Shown: one piece after another, positions 37,420 to 49,981 of the stretch
Position numbering within the stretch: the stretch's first letter is position 1
How the letters are laid out: each line of letters starts with the position of its first letter
DNA from: Lama guanicoe
Taxonomy: Eukaryota
Length of the DNA: 64,000 bases
NCBI GenBank assembly: GCA_013239625.1
Contig: MU053352.1
Location: 753,079-817,078, forward strand
Direction: 5' to 3'
The notes under the pieces: generated by a model
The model's database searches: none
Told to the model about the DNA's origin: nothing
What the model saw: the letters and a program-made list of their open reading frames with translations, nothing else
Position numbers and translations under genes: made by a program

Positions 37420-38875
37420 TGTATGGTGCTTTTGGAAAAAAAAATGTCCACCAATTCTTTGATACTCCTCTCTTCAAGAAATGGAGCTTAATTCCCCCTC
37501 CCCTGAGTGTGGGCTAGACTTAGTAACTTGCTTCTGATAAATAGAATAAAGCAGAAATAATGTGTGACTCTGGAGACTAGGTCATACAAAGGCACTGTGG
37601 CTTCCATCTTTTTTTTTTTAATTGAAATACAGTTGATTTGCAATGTTAGTTTCAAGTATACAGCAAAGCTATCATTTTATATATACATATATTTTTTCAT
37701 ATTATTTACCATTGTAGGTTATTATAAGATATTAAATATAGTTCCCTGTGCTATGTAGTAAATCCTTGTTGCTTATCTACTTTATGTATAGTAGTTTGTA
37801 TCTGTTAAATCCCTCCCCCTATTCCCTTTACGCTTTGGAAACTGTAAGTTTGTTTTCTGTGAGTCTGTTTCTGTTTTGTATATAGATTAATTTGTATTAT
37901 TTTTTAGATTCCACATATAAGTGACATCATATAATGTTTGTCTTTCTCTGGCTAGCTTACATCACTTAATATTATAATCTTTAGGCCCATCCATGTTGCT
38001 ACAAATGGCAATATTTCATTCTATTTTTATGGCTGAGTAATATTCCATGGTGTGTGTGTGTACGTCTTCTTTATCCAGTCATCTGTTTGTTGATAGACAC
38101 TTAGGCTGCTTCCATGTCTCTGCTATTATTGTAAATGGTACTGCTATGAACATTAGAATCTTTTCAAATTAGAGTTTTCATCTTTTCCAGATACATGCCC
38201 AGGAGTGGGATTGCTGGATTGTATGGTAACTCTATTTTCAATTTTTTTAAGGAACCTCCATACTGTTTTCCATAATGGCTGCCCCACCTTACATTCCCAC
38301 CCACAGTTCATGAGGGTTCTTTTCTTTTCTCCACACTCTCTCCAGCATTTATTTTTTGTAGACTTTTGATGATCTGAGGCTTCCATCTTGATTACATCTT
38401 TAGGAGAATTGGGAGTTTCCACTTCCTTTTTCTTGGAATGCTTGTTCTGTGGGAAGCCAGTTGCCATGTAGAAGTCTGACTATTCTGAGACCACCATGCT
38501 GGGAGGAAGTCCAAGCTAGCCGTGTGAAAAGGCAGCATCACAGAAAGATGCCCAAGTTGCCTCCAGCTCTCCCACTGTTCCCAGCCCAGCTGGTGGACAT
38601 GAAGGTGAAGGAGCCATCTTGGATATCCTTGCCTCAGAAGACACGTCATGGAGAAGACCTGAGCCTCCTGACATAAGGCCCCAGTTGAGTTGACCTCAAC
38701 ATTCATTCTAGGCACTCCAGCTGGGGCCCCCTGGTATGTAAGCACGGAAACGAGCCATGCATACTGTGCTCTGCCCAACTCTGACTGATGGAACGAACGG
38801 TGAGGATATATGGGTGTGGTGCTCTGCTACAAAGTTTTGAGGTGGCTTATTATGCAGCAATAAACTGGAACAGTC
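37420..38875 (+). mobile_element. MLT1 LTR split by L1 insertion
   Basis: CCAATTCTTTGATACTCCTC...GGAGCTTAATTCCCCTCCC...GGGCTAGACTTAGTAACTTGCTTC, resuming at GCCAGTTGCCATGT...TATGCAGCAATAAACTGGAACA. Confidence 0.7.
37611..38377 (-). mobile_element. 5'-truncated L1 3' end
   Basis: Poly(T) start and antisense L1 3' UTR/ORF2 end ([12 protein letters not shown]). Perfect TSD GGCTTCCATCTT at 37599-37610 and 38378-38389. Confidence 0.9.
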
Positions 38876-40023
38876 ACATAGTTTATAACTGTCAAACTAA
38901 CTCAGGCATTCTTTTTTTAAAAAAAATCTTTACTAACCATTACTTTTTCATTGCCAAAGTCACACCTGTTCATTGCATCACATTCAAATACAGAAGTATT
39001 GTTTAGGACTGGGATCCTGTACTTACCTCCAAAGCACCAGTACCTGCCACACGGACTTCCAGAGGCTTGATGAAGTTTACTGAGTAAGTGAGCCCTGCCT
39101 TCCTATTCTCACCTGCTTACTGACTACCTTTCCACTCACATTTAAAAGAAAGTCAGAATAAAATAAAATAAAAAAATAAAAGAAGGTCGAATCTGAAAAG
39201 TTTTAGAATGGTGCTACAGGAATTGAGTATCAGCTACTCTGGGGGCCAGGGGAGAATCAGGCTCTGTGGGTGGTGGGCTGGCCAGGTCTCAGGCAGAGGG
39301 GTGCTGGCTTCCCCCTATTCCAAGTCCCTCTCATTAAGGGGTGAGGCTGTGGCTTACATGAACCAACCTCTGACAAAAATTCCAAGGGGAAATTTGGGGA
39401 AATAGCAGCTCAACTACAATGTTATGAGGAGTTTGGAGGGGCAGAAGTTTCTGGGCGATGACAGGCTATCTGGCCTTGGGTATGTCCTTCCCTTCCCAAC
39501 CTCAGTTTCCTTTATGAGTCTCCTTTGCCAAAGCCCAGCCTGGGAAAAACACGAGGTCTTTAAGTGGGATCTGGCAATATCCCCAAATGCCAGGAACAAA
39601 GTCACCCCTCTGATGCTTCAAATTCTTTAGAAAATATGGGCTGACACTGTGGAAAGGGCAAGTTACAAAACAGTCTGTACAGGGAGTACAGAGCTTCCTC
39701 TGTTTGTAACTTTATCCAGCCTCTCTGCGTAGAAGCAAGTTGGGGGAGGCTGTTTGCCAGTGTGTTATCTGTGGTTATCTGAGAGGGTGGGAGGAAATTA
39801 TTCCTGGTAATTTTTATTTTCTTTTTGGTGTGCCTCCAACATTTTCTACAATGAACATCTATTGCTTTTCATAATCAAGAACTTAAAAAAATTTTTTTAA
39901 ACCAGGCAGTTTGATACATGCCCTTTGTCATGCTTGGTAAGTCCACAGCTTGCTTCTAGATGAAGTAATAAAAAGAGGGGTCATCCATGCAGCCTTGTTA
40001 GTGGAGACTGTGAGGTTGTCTAA

Positions 40024-40555
40024 TGTGTTAGTTTTCCACTGCTGTGTAACAGATGATCCCTAAGTTTGTGGTTTGGAGCAGCACAGTTTATGAGCTCACG
40101 GTTTCTATGGGTTGGGAGTCCAGGCGTGGCTTAACTGAGTCCTCTTCTCAAGGGCCCACAAGGCTACAGTCAAGGTGTTGTCCAAGCTGCATTCTCATCT
40201 GGAGGCAAGGATGGGGAGGAACCTATTTCCAAGGTCATTCAGGGTGTTGGTGGACTTCAGTTCCTTGTGGCTGTAGGGCTGAGGCCCCCAGCTTCTTGCT
40301 GGTCCTTTGGGTGGAAGCCACCCTCAAGGTCCTAGAGGCCACCTGCAGTTTCTTGCCATGTGGGCTTTCCCAACACGGCCACTTATTTCAACAAACCAGC
40401 AAGAAGAGCCTCTGGAGCAAGTTTGCTAGCAAGACGGAGTCTTATATAATGTAATATAATCACAGAGTGACATCCCATCACCTTTGCCAGATGCCATTGG
40501 TTAGAAGCAAATTGCAAATCCCACATCAGAGGGAAAGTCTGATATGAGCAGAAGG
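40024..40555 (-). mobile_element. MLT1 (MaLR) LTR
   Basis: TGTGTTAGTTTTCCACTGCTGTGTAACA...GCGTGGCTTAACTGAGTCCTC...CAAGGCTACAGTCAAGGTGTTG. Confidence 0.75.
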
Positions 40556-40960
40556 GATTTTGGACTGAGTGTCTGCACCCCTCTAGAATCCATGTTGAAG
40601 ACCTAACCTCCCGTGTGGCTGTATTTGGAGACAGGGTCTCTAAGGAAGTAATTAAGGTTAAATGAGGTCATAAAGGTGGGTTCCTGATCTGGTAGGATTA
40701 ATGTCCTTAAAAGAAGAGGCACCAGAGAGCTCGTTCTCTCTTCCCTCACACACACACGGACTGAGGAAAGGCCACATGAGGACAGAGGGAGAAGGTAGCC
40801 GTCTGCAAGCCAGAAGAGAGCCCTTTCTCGAAACCAAATTGACTGGTCGGTCACCTTGATCCAGGACTTCCAGCCTCCAGAACTTTGAGAGAATACGTTT
40901 TTTGTTGTTTGATCCATCCAGTCTGTGGTATTCTGTTACAGCAGCCTGAGCTGCGTTGGA
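40556..40960 (+). mobile_element. MLT1A/B-like LTR
   Basis: TGGACTGAGTGTCTG...GTATTTGGAGACAGGGTCTCTAAGGAAGTAATTAAGGTTAAATGAGGTCAT...GGACTTCCAGCCTCCAGAACT...GTCTGTGGTATTCTGTTACAGCAGCC. Confidence 0.8.
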
Positions 40961-42302
40961 CAACTGTGAACGCCAGGAAGCACTGATCATGGTGGGGGCA
41001 AGTTGGGGTCTGTCTGCCACACTTAACATTGTGAGGTTGGCTGGAATTCCAAATGGAAATTCCACACAGAAATTCCGGAAGCTTCTAGGTAACATCTGGA
41101 ATTTTTAAAAGTGCCGATTCTCCCCCAGAGATTGTCATTCTGTAGGCCAGTGCGGGGCCCGAGATGTTTCCATGAGCTCGTCCAAGGTGTTTCCAACACT
41201 GGAGCAGGTAGTCCAGGTTGAGAGTTAAAGTGCAACAGCTTCAGACTCGAGCCCTGCCACTTCCTAGACATCGGACCTTAAATTGGTGACTCCTCCTTCT
41301 GCTGATGGTTCTTCTTCTGATGTGACATGGCAAGTTGTTAAAAGAAAATTAAAAAAACACTGATATTAGCTGTTCCTCTTCCCAGCCCAGCCCAGACCAC
41401 CCCAGCCCCAGCAAAAGGAGGCTGAAATTGTCTCATGTCCTTATCCCTGTGCCTTTGGGTCATGGAAAGGTTTGAAATCAGGAGAGGGACAGGGTTTGGA
41501 GGCTGTTCAAACATGCGGGTGAATGACTTGGGTCTTGCTTGTCCTGATGGCTTGTTCTGGGATGCTGAAATACACCAGGGGGCTGGAGAAGGTGAGGGTC
41601 CCGGTGCAGACCTGTGGTCAGGTGGGGGACAGGGGTAAGGGCCAGTGTACCTGGATACCAGAAGGAAAAGCAGTCTTTGGCCAAGCTGGCCACAAGCAGG
41701 TGGAGCAGCCTCCCTGTGGTAACTGCCGTGGAGGGACCTCAGTTTTCTGTCACAAAGAGTCAATGGCTAAGGGGTGGGGCTGTGGGGGTGTGTGAGTTGA
41801 CTCAGGAAGGACTAAATGACCTAAAAAGTATGGGAAATTTCTTGCATTAGGTCTATGGAATAAAATTCACACCAGAAATGTGTCAAAAGAGATGATGCAT
41901 ATAAATTGCAGAGGAATTGATAAACAAAAGGTATTATACTATTATGTTAAAATCTCCAGTTTGAGTGCCTAGAATGCCTCTTCTTACTTATCCACTATCA
42001 TGGGTCTTATTGTTTTCTAGGCTGAAGCAGATCTGCAGTTTGGAGGATGAGGTTATGGTTGGAAACCTGGGTGGAAGATCACCTACAAATTAAGGGGCCC
42101 TGGTGTTCCCTCCTTTGTAATGACTGGTGTGCTCTGAGCATTAACTGAGTTGATAAAGGCAGAGGGCTTAGCTCCATTCCTAGCCTTAGTAAATGTGAGT
42201 TATGACCATGTGTTGTAATAATGCTACCAAATGCTGGCAGACTGGGTAGCATGGACATATATTAGTCTGTGAACGAAAGGGTATTTGAGTAAAATATACC
42301 AC

Positions 42303-42674
42303 CAGAGCCAGATTCTTGGGCATGCGGCCTGTGCAGACAAAGGGCCCCATTCTTTGAAGAGCCCCATACTCAGGAGGGGCTCAAATTTGGTTTAATGCTC
42401 TGCTGTTGTCATCTTGAAATTCTTCATAATTTTTGTTTTGTTTTTAAAATTTTTTTTAAATTTTATTTTGGGGGGGCAGGTACTTAGGTTACTTACTTAC
42501 TTATTTGTTTGTTTATTTATTTAGTGGAGGTACTGGGGATTGAACCCAGGACCTCATCTGTGCTAGGCATGCACTCTACCACCAAGCTATACCCTCCCGC
42601 CTCTTCACAATTTTTGAACAAGGCCCCTGCATTTTCATTTTGCACTAGGCCCCACAAATTATGTAGCTGGTCCT
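42303..42674. mobile_element. MER45A-like hAT-Tip100 MITE with SINE insertion
   Basis: CAGAGCCAG...TTGGTTTAATGCTCTGCTG...TCTTGAAATTCTT, then a SINE, then TTTTTGAACAAGG...CATTTTCATTTTGCACT...AAATTATGTAGCTGGTCCTG. Confidence 0.75.
42435..42600 (-). mobile_element. tRNA-Ala-derived SINE, long-tail form
   Basis: Antisense tRNA head with an extended tail. TSD TCTTCATAATTTT / TCTTCACAATTTT. Confidence 0.87.
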
Positions 42675-45290
42675 GTAATACTATATCTTGACTCGAGTTC
42701 TTAGGCGCCAACTGCACGTGAAGTTTCCAAATTCCTTACAGCCCTTTACCTTGTATGAGTCTTGCTATATCTTGAGTGCCTTCATCCACAGGGAATTTCA
42801 GAAGGCAGTGATAGGAGAAGGTGGATGGTCTAGGATTAGAAAAAGGGGAAGGAGCCAGGGCTGGGGAGACTGTGCGCGGATCCCCTCTGTATAGACCTGG
42901 CGCCTGCAGGTGTGTAGAAGGGGGTGGTTTCCTGTAAGGGTTAGGGTTAGAGTTAGGTGAGGCACAGGGAAGCTTGACTCGAATTTTCTAAGTAGAAGAA
43001 AGACCGAAGAGTAAGAGAAGCAAGGAAGGAGGGGAACAAGGAGGTTCTATTTCTCCTTCTTAGGCTGTTAGACCCAAGGACAAGCACAGAAAGCAAAGCC
43101 AAGAGCATTAGTTATCATAAAATAGGTCCATGAAGGCCAGGCCCGGGGACAGAATGCTATTAGAGCAGTTTGCCTTAAAAGAGGGAACTGGGGGAGGTAT
43201 CCAGGCCAAGAGCCTTAAGCACAGCCCAAGTTCTCGTTCCCTTTTTGGGCGCCCCAGGCACGAGGAAACTGCATTCCATTTGGCAAAGTGCTAAGAATAA
43301 CTTGGTATCAATTTGCTTTTCGGCTGAAGCCAAAGATGCCTGTTATTATAGACTTGAGGTTTCTTGAAACTTTTCCACATTCACTTTTGATTACTGCAAA
43401 TTTTCCTGTCGTTAGAGATAATGAAATGTCGCAAAATGGCTGAAGGGCTTGATTTGGCCGGGGAAGTGATGGGAAGACGCCATGTGATTACACTGTTCCT
43501 CTGTAGGACCCTTGAGGAGGTCTGATCCTCTCCCGCCTTCCATGGAGACCCCAGCCAGGCCCCGCCTCTGGGGCGGGCTCCCTGGGCTGTCTCAGCTCTG
43601 GCGGTGGTGGTGGTGGTGGTGGGTGGGTGTCTGTGTATGTGTATGTGGCCATGCTCTCCAAAATTTGTGGTATAACTTAAATGATCACATTGGAAAATGA
43701 ATATTGTAAAAGACACAGATTATACTGCAATGTAATTGTGCTGGTCACAAGAGAAACAGTATTTACTTTAAAATGTTAATTCATAGAGCACTACAGATGA
43801 TGTGTTCTGGAGATGGGAAGTAAGTTGAATGCCATTGTGAGGACTGTTGTCACTCTTTGAGCGTGTCAGCAAATCTTTGGGGCTGGAGTGAAGTCTGGGC
43901 TCGTTGGTCCTCTCGTCTCCCTTCCCCTGCCCCGTGTCCTGTCCCTGCGACATCTCTGAAGGCTTTGAAGCCCTGGTCTGTGTATGCCTCTCAAGTCCTA
44001 GATCACCTAAAACAGTGTCTGGATTTGAATACTTTCTCAGGACAAATTGTCTTCTCCCCAACTCCAGACAGTCCCAGGCATCTTCCAAACTTGGGAAGTC
44101 AGAGCTCCTATCCAAAGAGGCCGGGCACTGAGTCAGGCAAATGTGACGGGTGTTTCTGTTCCGCTGCTGCTGCCTCAGCAAGAGACACGATGAGCCGAGG
44201 GCTTCTTGATGCAATCTGGCTTCAGCCCATTTCCCAGACCTAACAACTAGGTCTGATTTCAGCTCCTTTCCCTAAGATTTGAAGGAAGTTCAGGATGGCA
44301 ATGTGGGATAAAGCCATTAGGTCTTCTGGGGTATTCAGAATTAGATCCGAACAGAAAAAAATATTTTATTTTTGTAGATGTGAAGAACCAGGATTCAACT
44401 CTGTGACTTAAACCTGTATATATATATACATATATATGTACAAGGAGCAGCCAGGAGTGCTGACCCTTGATCTGATCAACCGTCTGGAGTGCACCCAGGC
44501 TCCCAGACTGGCTGTATGCTCTGATACAGATGAGGAGGGACATATTTCTATTAACGGCTATTGGACCTCCATAATCCAGGCTTCCTACCACACTTACTAA
44601 CAGGCCAACTGGCACAGGTGGCGTCCAAGGACCTCAGCCCACAAGAGGAATGGAATGTGACATGTTCTGCTGCTCCCAGCACTCCCAAGGGTGATGGGGC
44701 TAAGAAGGAATTGATTTTCCTTATAAAAGAGATTGAATAATACTCTGTGTGTGTGTGTCATGGACACTGGCAAGTCGTGGTTAAAAAGATGGCAAGTGAA
44801 TTGCTGGCTGGCTGAGCCAAGAGGCTTGCAGGGAATTGCTGCCTTCATAACATTATTACTAACATTTACTGAGCGCTTCCTCGGCACCAGGCTCTGTGCT
44901 CAGCACGGTGTGTGCATCACCTCTCTTAATCCTCACAATCTTTGAGGCGTTGGCTGCTGCTAGACCTCTTTTTGTGAATAAAGTGGGCTCAGAGAGGTTA
45001 AGTAGCTTGCCAGTGTCCTCAGCTTTGCCAATGCAGAAATTTCCGTGGCTCAGTCTATTGGAGCTAACAGGCTCTAACCTGCCTCTTACAAAACAATCTC
45101 ATAATATTTCCTAAACACTTACTACATGTCAGGTGCTGGTAATGAGTTGAGTTGGAATAGTTTAGTCAGGACTTTGTCCACGTCGTGAAAAGAGATGACA
45201 ACTCAAATTGAATAAGCAGAAAGTGGATTTATTGGCTTGCAAAAAATGTCCAGGGTTAGTTTTGCTTCAGGCATGGCTGAATCCAACAGA

Positions 45291-45291
<1 letters not shown>

Positions 45292-45328
<37 letters not shown>
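45292..45328. repeat. poly(A) run (~37 nt) inside a MaLR-like fragment
   Basis: Directly visible homopolymer. Confidence 0.9.
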
Positions 45329-45330
<2 letters not shown>

Positions 45331-48329
45331 CAGGTTTCTCTTTTGTAGTTCCCGGTGTAGGTTCCATTCTCAGGCAGTCTTGTGATGGCAAGATGGTTGC
45401 CAGCAATGCCAGGCTTGCAATCTTACAGTTCTAAATTCAGCGGATTAAAAACAAGAGGAACGCCTTTCTCAGTTTACCACCCCCACCCCTCCACTAATCT
45501 GCCAGAATTAGCTGTTTGTATAAGATTGGTTTGGCTTGGATTATATACTCATTCCTTACCCAACTACACCGACCAAGGGGCTACAGGGCTCTGGAGGTCA
45601 GTCTGGGGTATGTGCTAACACTGGAGTCACAGGGGTAGTTAGCATATGGACAGGAAGTGGAGGAGGGCTGAAAAGCCAGAGGGCAATTGACATGCACTTA
45701 TCAAAAGAAGTGGGGATAGATACTGGGAAGAAAAAAACAAAACAAAACAAAAGAAATGTCCACAGCAGTGGGGGTTCTGTGAACATAAAGAAGGGGCACC
45801 TAGCTAATAAAGGAAGGGGTCAACTTACTAATTTATAATGGGAGATATATGCCTGGTTCATGACCCAACCAGACATCCACCTAGGGCACTGCCCTCTTGT
45901 CAGCGAGCCCAGCTGGGGGCAGGTTGCTTCAGCGGTATAAAATTAGAACAGATGGAATCAGATGTTCCTGAGAGATATCTCCATCAAACTACTTGTGAGC
46001 AAATAGGTTCAGCTGCAAGGGAGAGAAAAATCTTAAATACCAATTATGTTAAGAAGATGGAAGTTTTCCTTATCCGTTAAAGCAAGCCTAGAGGTAAACA
46101 CTGCAGGCAGACCTAGGATGGAGGCTTGACATCCATCAGGCATCCAGACTCCTTCTCACTTGTGGCTCAATCACCATTCCTACACAGCTCTCTCTCCTCC
46201 ATGGTCCAAATGACGTTTAAGTTCCAGCCATCAAACCCACATTCTATCCAGCAGAATGGAAGGAGGAAATGTGCACTTGCTTTTTCAAGGACAAGTCCCG
46301 GAAGTTGCCCATGCCCTTTTGGCAAAACTTTAGTCAGTGAGTTATACCTATCTGCAAGGGAGGCTGGGAAATGCGGTTTTTATTCTGGGAAGAACAGGTA
46401 ACAGGGAGACCACTGGTCTTTGTCAGAAGGGCACCCTAATGGACAGCCCTTTCTCTGCTGCAGTGAGTGGCCCCTCCAGTGGTTGAAGACCAGTCACGTG
46501 GACCCCAAGCACCTTCCAAAGGCAACTTTAAATATGTGAGACGTAAACAACTGTTACTCTTTGTTTTCTGCTTGGATCATCACTCTTTTATTAACATATT
46601 CTAACTTGAAAATGTCCATTGTAATTTAGTTGATTATTCTTAGACTTAAAATTTATTTTTCTTAGAAATAAGTATGCTTTCTCTCAAAAAAAAAAAAAAA
46701 GACAAGTGCTTCCCACAATTAGTACCTTATACATATTGGCATTGTTTCACTAATTGTGAAACTTTCTCAAACCCCGTATTTTAAACCTGCTGCGTGTCCT
46801 TCCACCTTTCTTTCGTGATCATTTATTTAGACACAATTGTAGGTTTTGTTTGTTTTCACAAAAATGCATTCTCATGATATACATTACGCTGTAAATTTCT
46901 CATTTTGCTTAAGAAATATATCATGGACATGGCACAGGTTAAGAGCTAGAAATCTGACTCATTCTTTTTAAGAGTTGCATAGGGATCCAGAGGACAGCTG
47001 CACTTTAAATGATGCCACCATTCCCTTTGATGGGCTCTCCAGTCATTTCCATTTTTCTGTGACTACAGGCCATGTTGCAGTAACTTTTTTGTACCGATGT
47101 CCTTATATCTCAGTGCTCTTAGTTCTTTAAGACAAGGTCTTTGAAGTAGGACTGCTGGGTTAAAAGGTGCATTTAAATTTTTTAATCAGTATGGCCAGAT
47201 TACCTTGTAAAAAGATTGGCATGATCCACATTCCCACCCATAATGTATGAAAGTTTTCATTTGCCCTAATTCTTGCCAGCACTGAAGGTATTGCTCTTTT
47301 GAGTAATAGTTCATTGCTATCTGATTGATAGTTGATCAATGGTGCCTGGTTGCTTTGATTTACATCTTACTGACCACTTGTACACTTGATCATCTTTCAT
47401 AGGCTTATTGAAATGCAGAAAAGTATATGGTTCAAAGCACAGACTCTGGAGTCATTCCACCTGAGTTTGTATCATGGCTCAAGATGTCTGACCACCTATC
47501 ATATGACTTGGGCAAGTTACTTCATTGCTCTGAGCCTGTTTCCTTAGCTGAAAAACAGATATATTATCTATTTTATAGGGTAAGTTGTGAGGATTAAAAG
47601 TATATAAAGTACCCAAAACTAAGTCTAGCAAATAGCAAGCACTATAAATGGTTAGTGACTATTACTGTTGACCTTATAGATTTCTTGCGTTACCTGCTGG
47701 GTGCTCTGTACTGGCGTGATTGTTTTGTAGTAATCAATTTGTGGGAACTCCGTATATTAGGGCTATTAACCTCATTCTGTTACTTATGTTGGAAATATTT
47801 CCCCAGCCTATCACGTGTCTTTTATAGAACTAAGATTTGTTTTCGCCAAACTTCTGTGTATGTAGTCAAACATGTCTATAATTTCCTTTAGGGTTTCTAG
47901 GTTTCCTGTTTTGTTTATGATCTCCCATCGTAAGATTATAAAAATAGTCTCCTAAAAATTCTTTCAGTATTTCATTTTAACATTTGTTTGTAGTTCTTTT
48001 GTAATTATTTTTGTGTATGATGTGAGGTAGGGATTTGATTGCTTCCTCAGCACTTTACTGGAGCTCTGTTTATATAGTAATTACACATTTCACATTTAAT
48101 CTAGAAACTTCATGTAGAAATTTGGATGAAAATATAGTATTTATAACAGGAATTATTTGGGTAGTTATGAATATTAATGGATTTTGATTTTTTTCTTTTA
48201 ATGGAATCTTCCCTTTCTCTCTTTTTAAAATTGTGAAATCTTTTTTCAAATGAAATATTACAGGAAACTCCAACATACAAAATTAGCTGTTACTGTTTGA
48301 CATGGTGAAGGATAATGAAGTGACATCGT

Positions 48330-48965
48330 GGAGGAGTAAGATAACAAAGAGCCTTGTAAAGAAGGGTAAAGTTTCATAATATAAGTTTAGATTTTATTCT
48401 GAAATAATGGGGGGACCTATTAAAAGGTTTTAGGCAGAGAGTGACACAATCAGCTCTGCAAAGAATGGAGAAGTGGACAACAGCAGAGGCAGTAACACCA
48501 CTAGAAGGGCATCACGAAAGTCTGAGCAACAGACACTGTTCCCTTAGACAAGGGCGATAGAAGTGGAGATGGTTCTGAGGTATATTTACATGATATATCA
48601 AGAGAAGTTAATGACCAATAGGGATGTATGGGGTGAGAGAAGAGAGGGAGGTGTCAAGAATAACGCCCATGTTCTGTTTTGGGAAATAGGGTGGAGGATG
48701 GTGCCATTTATCAAGGAAAAGCAACACTGGAAGAACAGATTTTGAAGGGAGAATGGTGGGGTTAGTGCGAGGAATCTGTGTGTTAAGTGGAGGAATATCC
48801 AGATGACAGGTGGACATTCAGATCTGGAGCTCAGGAAATATGCCTGGGCTTAAGATAGGAATCTGGCAGTTATCAGCATACAGTTGGAAACCACAGAGGC
48901 ATGGGAATGGATGAGATTTTTCAGAGTCTATAGGACAAGAAGGTCTAAGACATAGGAGGGACACC
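48330..48965 (-). mobile_element. L2 fragment
   Basis: TTTTATTCTGAA...GCAGAGAGTGACACAATCAG...GGATGGTGCCATTTA...AGATCTGGAGCTCAGG is L2-like. Further L2 pieces lie near 15200-15400 and 22740-23060. Confidence 0.6.
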
Positions 48966-49769
48966 GATTCAGCTGGGGTTCTCTGACTGTAAGTAATAAA
49001 AATCAACTCTGGCTACTGAGCCTCTACATACGGTTGCACAGGGGATACCTTGTGCAGCCATAGGTAGCAGCCTGGCCAGGCAGTGTAATTTATTGGAAGG
49101 ATATGAAGCAGTTCACAAAAATTAAAGATGCTTAACACTCAGGAAAATCAGGTACCTGGGCAATGAGAAAGTCTCAGTAATAGGAACTTACATGCCCCTT
49201 ATATTATCTTCCTATAGCATGGGAGAGGGGTATCTTCCCAAAGCAAAGGTGAGGTACTATTCTCAAAGAAGGGGGGAAAATACACTGAGTAGGCAAATCC
49301 AGCTGTCTGTTATGGTCTGTCCCTTGCCTTTCCAGTATATGCATTTCTTAATGAATAATTTTATAAATGCCTCCATCCAACATACTGTAGAAAATGAATT
49401 CATCTCCCCAGAGGAGATAAGCTAAAATTATTTCAGTTATTACACCCAGTGTCAAGATTTCTGGGTGATAGTCACAATCCTCTAGTTCTTAACCCCATCT
49501 TGATAATGTACAACTTATGGATTTACTGGCTTATATAACCATCACGAACATACTAACATATATTAGCTTGGGGACACTGCCAGCAGAATGACTCAGTGCC
49601 AATGGAGGGAAAGTCAGATTGGGCTAACTTGAATCATGCTTAAACTTCAGCCAGGAAGTGTGAAGGGCAAAGTATTTAAATGGAGAGAGATAAAAAGACA
49701 AGGTAAACTAGGAGATATGGGTAGAGGCTATAGAGATCTTATTTCCACAAGGCACAGGGCTATAGCTGG

Positions 49770-49981
49770 TAGTTGTCCCTCGGTAAGCATGGGAGACTGG
49801 TTCCAGGACCCCAGCAGATATCAAAATCCACAGATGCTCAAGTCCCTTATGTAAAACGGCATATTACACCCAGCCCTCTGTATCCGTGGATTCCACACAC
49901 CCACATTCAGCCAGGGATTGAATCTGTGCCACACTGGTTGAATGTATAGATGTAGAACCTGTGGTTATAGAGCCGACTGTA
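49770..49981. mobile_element. Tigger/MER2-like MITE
   Basis: AGTTGTCCCTCGGTA...GGTTCCAGGACCCC...CAAAATCCACAGATGCTCAAGTCCCTTAT...GCCGACTGTA. Confidence 0.7.
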
